The notes under the pieces are model-generated. The model worked only from the letters and a program-made list of their open reading frames with translations, did not search any database and was not told the DNA's origin. A stretch of 64,000 bases of DNA from Eledone cirrhosa (lineage: Eukaryota), in the NCBI GenBank assembly GCA_964016885.1, contig OZ024751.1, positions 27,342,001-27,406,000 of the forward strand. The letters are read 5' to 3'. Both the position numbers and the translations under genes were made by a program. Shown in pieces: positions 62,045-64,000 of this stretch (the stretch's first letter is position 1; each line of letters starts with the position of its first letter).

Positions 62045-63140
62045 ATTCTTTGCCCACTTATTCCTTGGAGGGTCGTGGGAGTAGAGTCCTCAAACACTCC
62101 TTCCAGCGGGTCCTGTCAAAAACAACTGTCTCCAAGCTGATGGATGTTATCCAACCATCTTGCTCTGGGTCTCTTGCCAGTTGGTTTTGTCCGTAACATC
62201 TGTCCAGCGATTCTTTCCTGTGACATTCTAACCACATGCCCATAGTATCAGAGCTGTGATCTCTCAATTCAGAAAAGTAGCAGCTTGACCTGGAGTGACT
62301 CTGATCTCCAAGCTATGCATTTTATCGAGTAATCTTACACCAAAGACCCCATCTCAGCTGCTTGTATTCGCGATTGTATTCTTTGTCATTACCAAAGATT
62401 CATAACGAAAAGTAAGGGTTGGCACGAAAACCGAATTGAAGACAGCGACTGTCTTTTACATCTACCTCTCTTCTGATTACTGAAGTTGGTGCATTACTGC
62501 ATCAGCTCCTGCATTTCTTGCACTAAGCTTGGCAAAGAGATTGTTGAGTCCAAGCTAGCTGATAAACAATGTGGTTTTCACTCTGGCCGCAGTGTGAATA
62601 TTTGGTCGACTGTGCTGTGGCCAGGGTGAAAACCACATTGTTTATCAGCTAGATTGGACTCAACAATCTCTTTACCAAGCTTTGTAAGCCTCCTTCTTTG
62701 CTTGGATGGCATTTTTGACCTCTTGTGCCACACCAAGCCTCTCTCACCTACACTATTTAACTGCTTAAGCAGAAACTGCTTCATTAAACAATCACCTCTC
62801 TGTCTCAACGTCCTGTTTGCTCAAGGAGTTCTCTGAATTTGGATGTAATAGTATCTTCATACCTGGTCCTGACTTCCTTATTCATCAATGCTTCCCATTT
62901 TATCCTATAGGTCGTTCTGGACTTGTTAGTTTTGTGGGCTTCTTTGGCTTTAGGTAGTCTCAAGTTGTATATAACTAGATGGTGATCAGTTGACAGCTCA
63001 GCCCCTCTCTTAACACAAACATCCAGCACAGAATCAAAAAGATCAGAGACAATTATGAAATCAATTATTGATTTGTGTCCCTGATTCCCATTATACTATG
63101 TATATTTATGGATGTTTCTGTGCTGACTGAGAGTCCATTG
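62045..63140 (-). mobile_element. RTE-clade LINE remnant
   Basis: KRGAELSTDHHLV, QCGFHPGHSTVDQIFTL; 3' end adjoins a (TAA)-like tail. Confidence 0.8.
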
Positions 63141-63482
63141 CTAGAAGACGAGTGTAGCCAGGCTTCTCCATTTCTATGTCAGGTAGCTAAAATTAAAATG
63201 TAAAAAACAATAACCAGAATGGCTGGATTGGCCAGTGCACTGGTCAAACACTGCAGTAGCTGGAGCAGGGCAATATATTGACCAGTGCAGTGGTCAATGA
63301 CTGCAGTAGCTGGACAATCACCATTAGTGAAATACAAAGACCATGGAGTGACCAAGACAATTTGTGTCAACTTAAAAAAAATAAACAAAAACATTTATTG
63401 AACAAAAATAAATTTATGTACAGAAAGAAGGAATTGTCTTAAATAATTGGTTTAATTGGTCCACAGTGTGAGGGAGGGGCGG

Positions 63483-63515
<33 letters not shown>

Positions 63516-63902
63516 CATATATTTCTAGGTGCCAACATAAATACACTTGTCATTCCTACATATAACTATAGCGAAATATATTCACAAACATCAGACACGT
63601 GGCAAGATTTGTGAGATGATGTGTGTGTGTCTGCTATGTGATGTGTGTCTGCTATGTGATGTGTGCGTCTGCTATGTGATGTGTGTCTGCCGTGACGTGT
63701 GTGTCTGCTATGTGATGTGTGTCTGCCGTGAAATGTGTGCGTCTGCTGTGAAATGTGTGTGTCTGTTCTGAAATGTGTGTGTCTGTTCTGAAATGTGTGT
63801 GCCCAAGAATGTATGAAATATGTGTTCTTTTCATGATTGATTCTAATTTGGAAAATTAAAATTTATGCCATTATTTGTTTTTGATTTTCATAGGAATACC
63901 AC

Positions 63903-64000
63903 ACAGTATAGTACAGTATAGTATAGTATAGTATAGTATAGTATAGTACAGTACAGTATAGTATAGTATAGTATAGTATAGTATAGTATAGTACAGTACA
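63903..64000. repeat. (TAGTA)n pentanucleotide microsatellite
   Basis: agtatagtatagta... Confidence 0.95.

Overview
Eukaryotic, AT-rich, microsatellite- and SINE-dense genomic DNA. The repeat landscape suggests an octopus or other coleoid cephalopod (inference). The window is dominated by one spliced + strand gene, an orthologue of CHD1L/ALC1 (SNF2 ATPase plus poly(ADP-ribose)-binding macrodomain). I assembled it by hand as 25 coding exons from 17600 to 61697; phases are consistent throughout, giving 3048 nt or about 1015 aa. It carries an extra C-terminal XRCC1/LIG3-like BRCT domain whose inclusion depends on two minor-spliceosome (U12) introns, one GT-AG and one AT-AC. A decayed mariner inserted exactly into the TA of a TAG splice acceptor. 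Several minimal type-I hammerhead ribozyme motifs of Penelope-like elements occur, four of them on the sense strand of CHD1L introns, and there are recurrent fold-back palindromes next to (TA)n tracts. The rest is LINE fragments (R4/Dong-, Tx1/L1-, RTE-, CR1-, CRE-like), tRNA-derived SINEs, MITEs and many intron-specific minisatellites. Almost all long ORFs in the supplied track are simple-repeat artefacts. Repeat boundaries are approximate, and comparisons with human proteins are from memory, not from a search.
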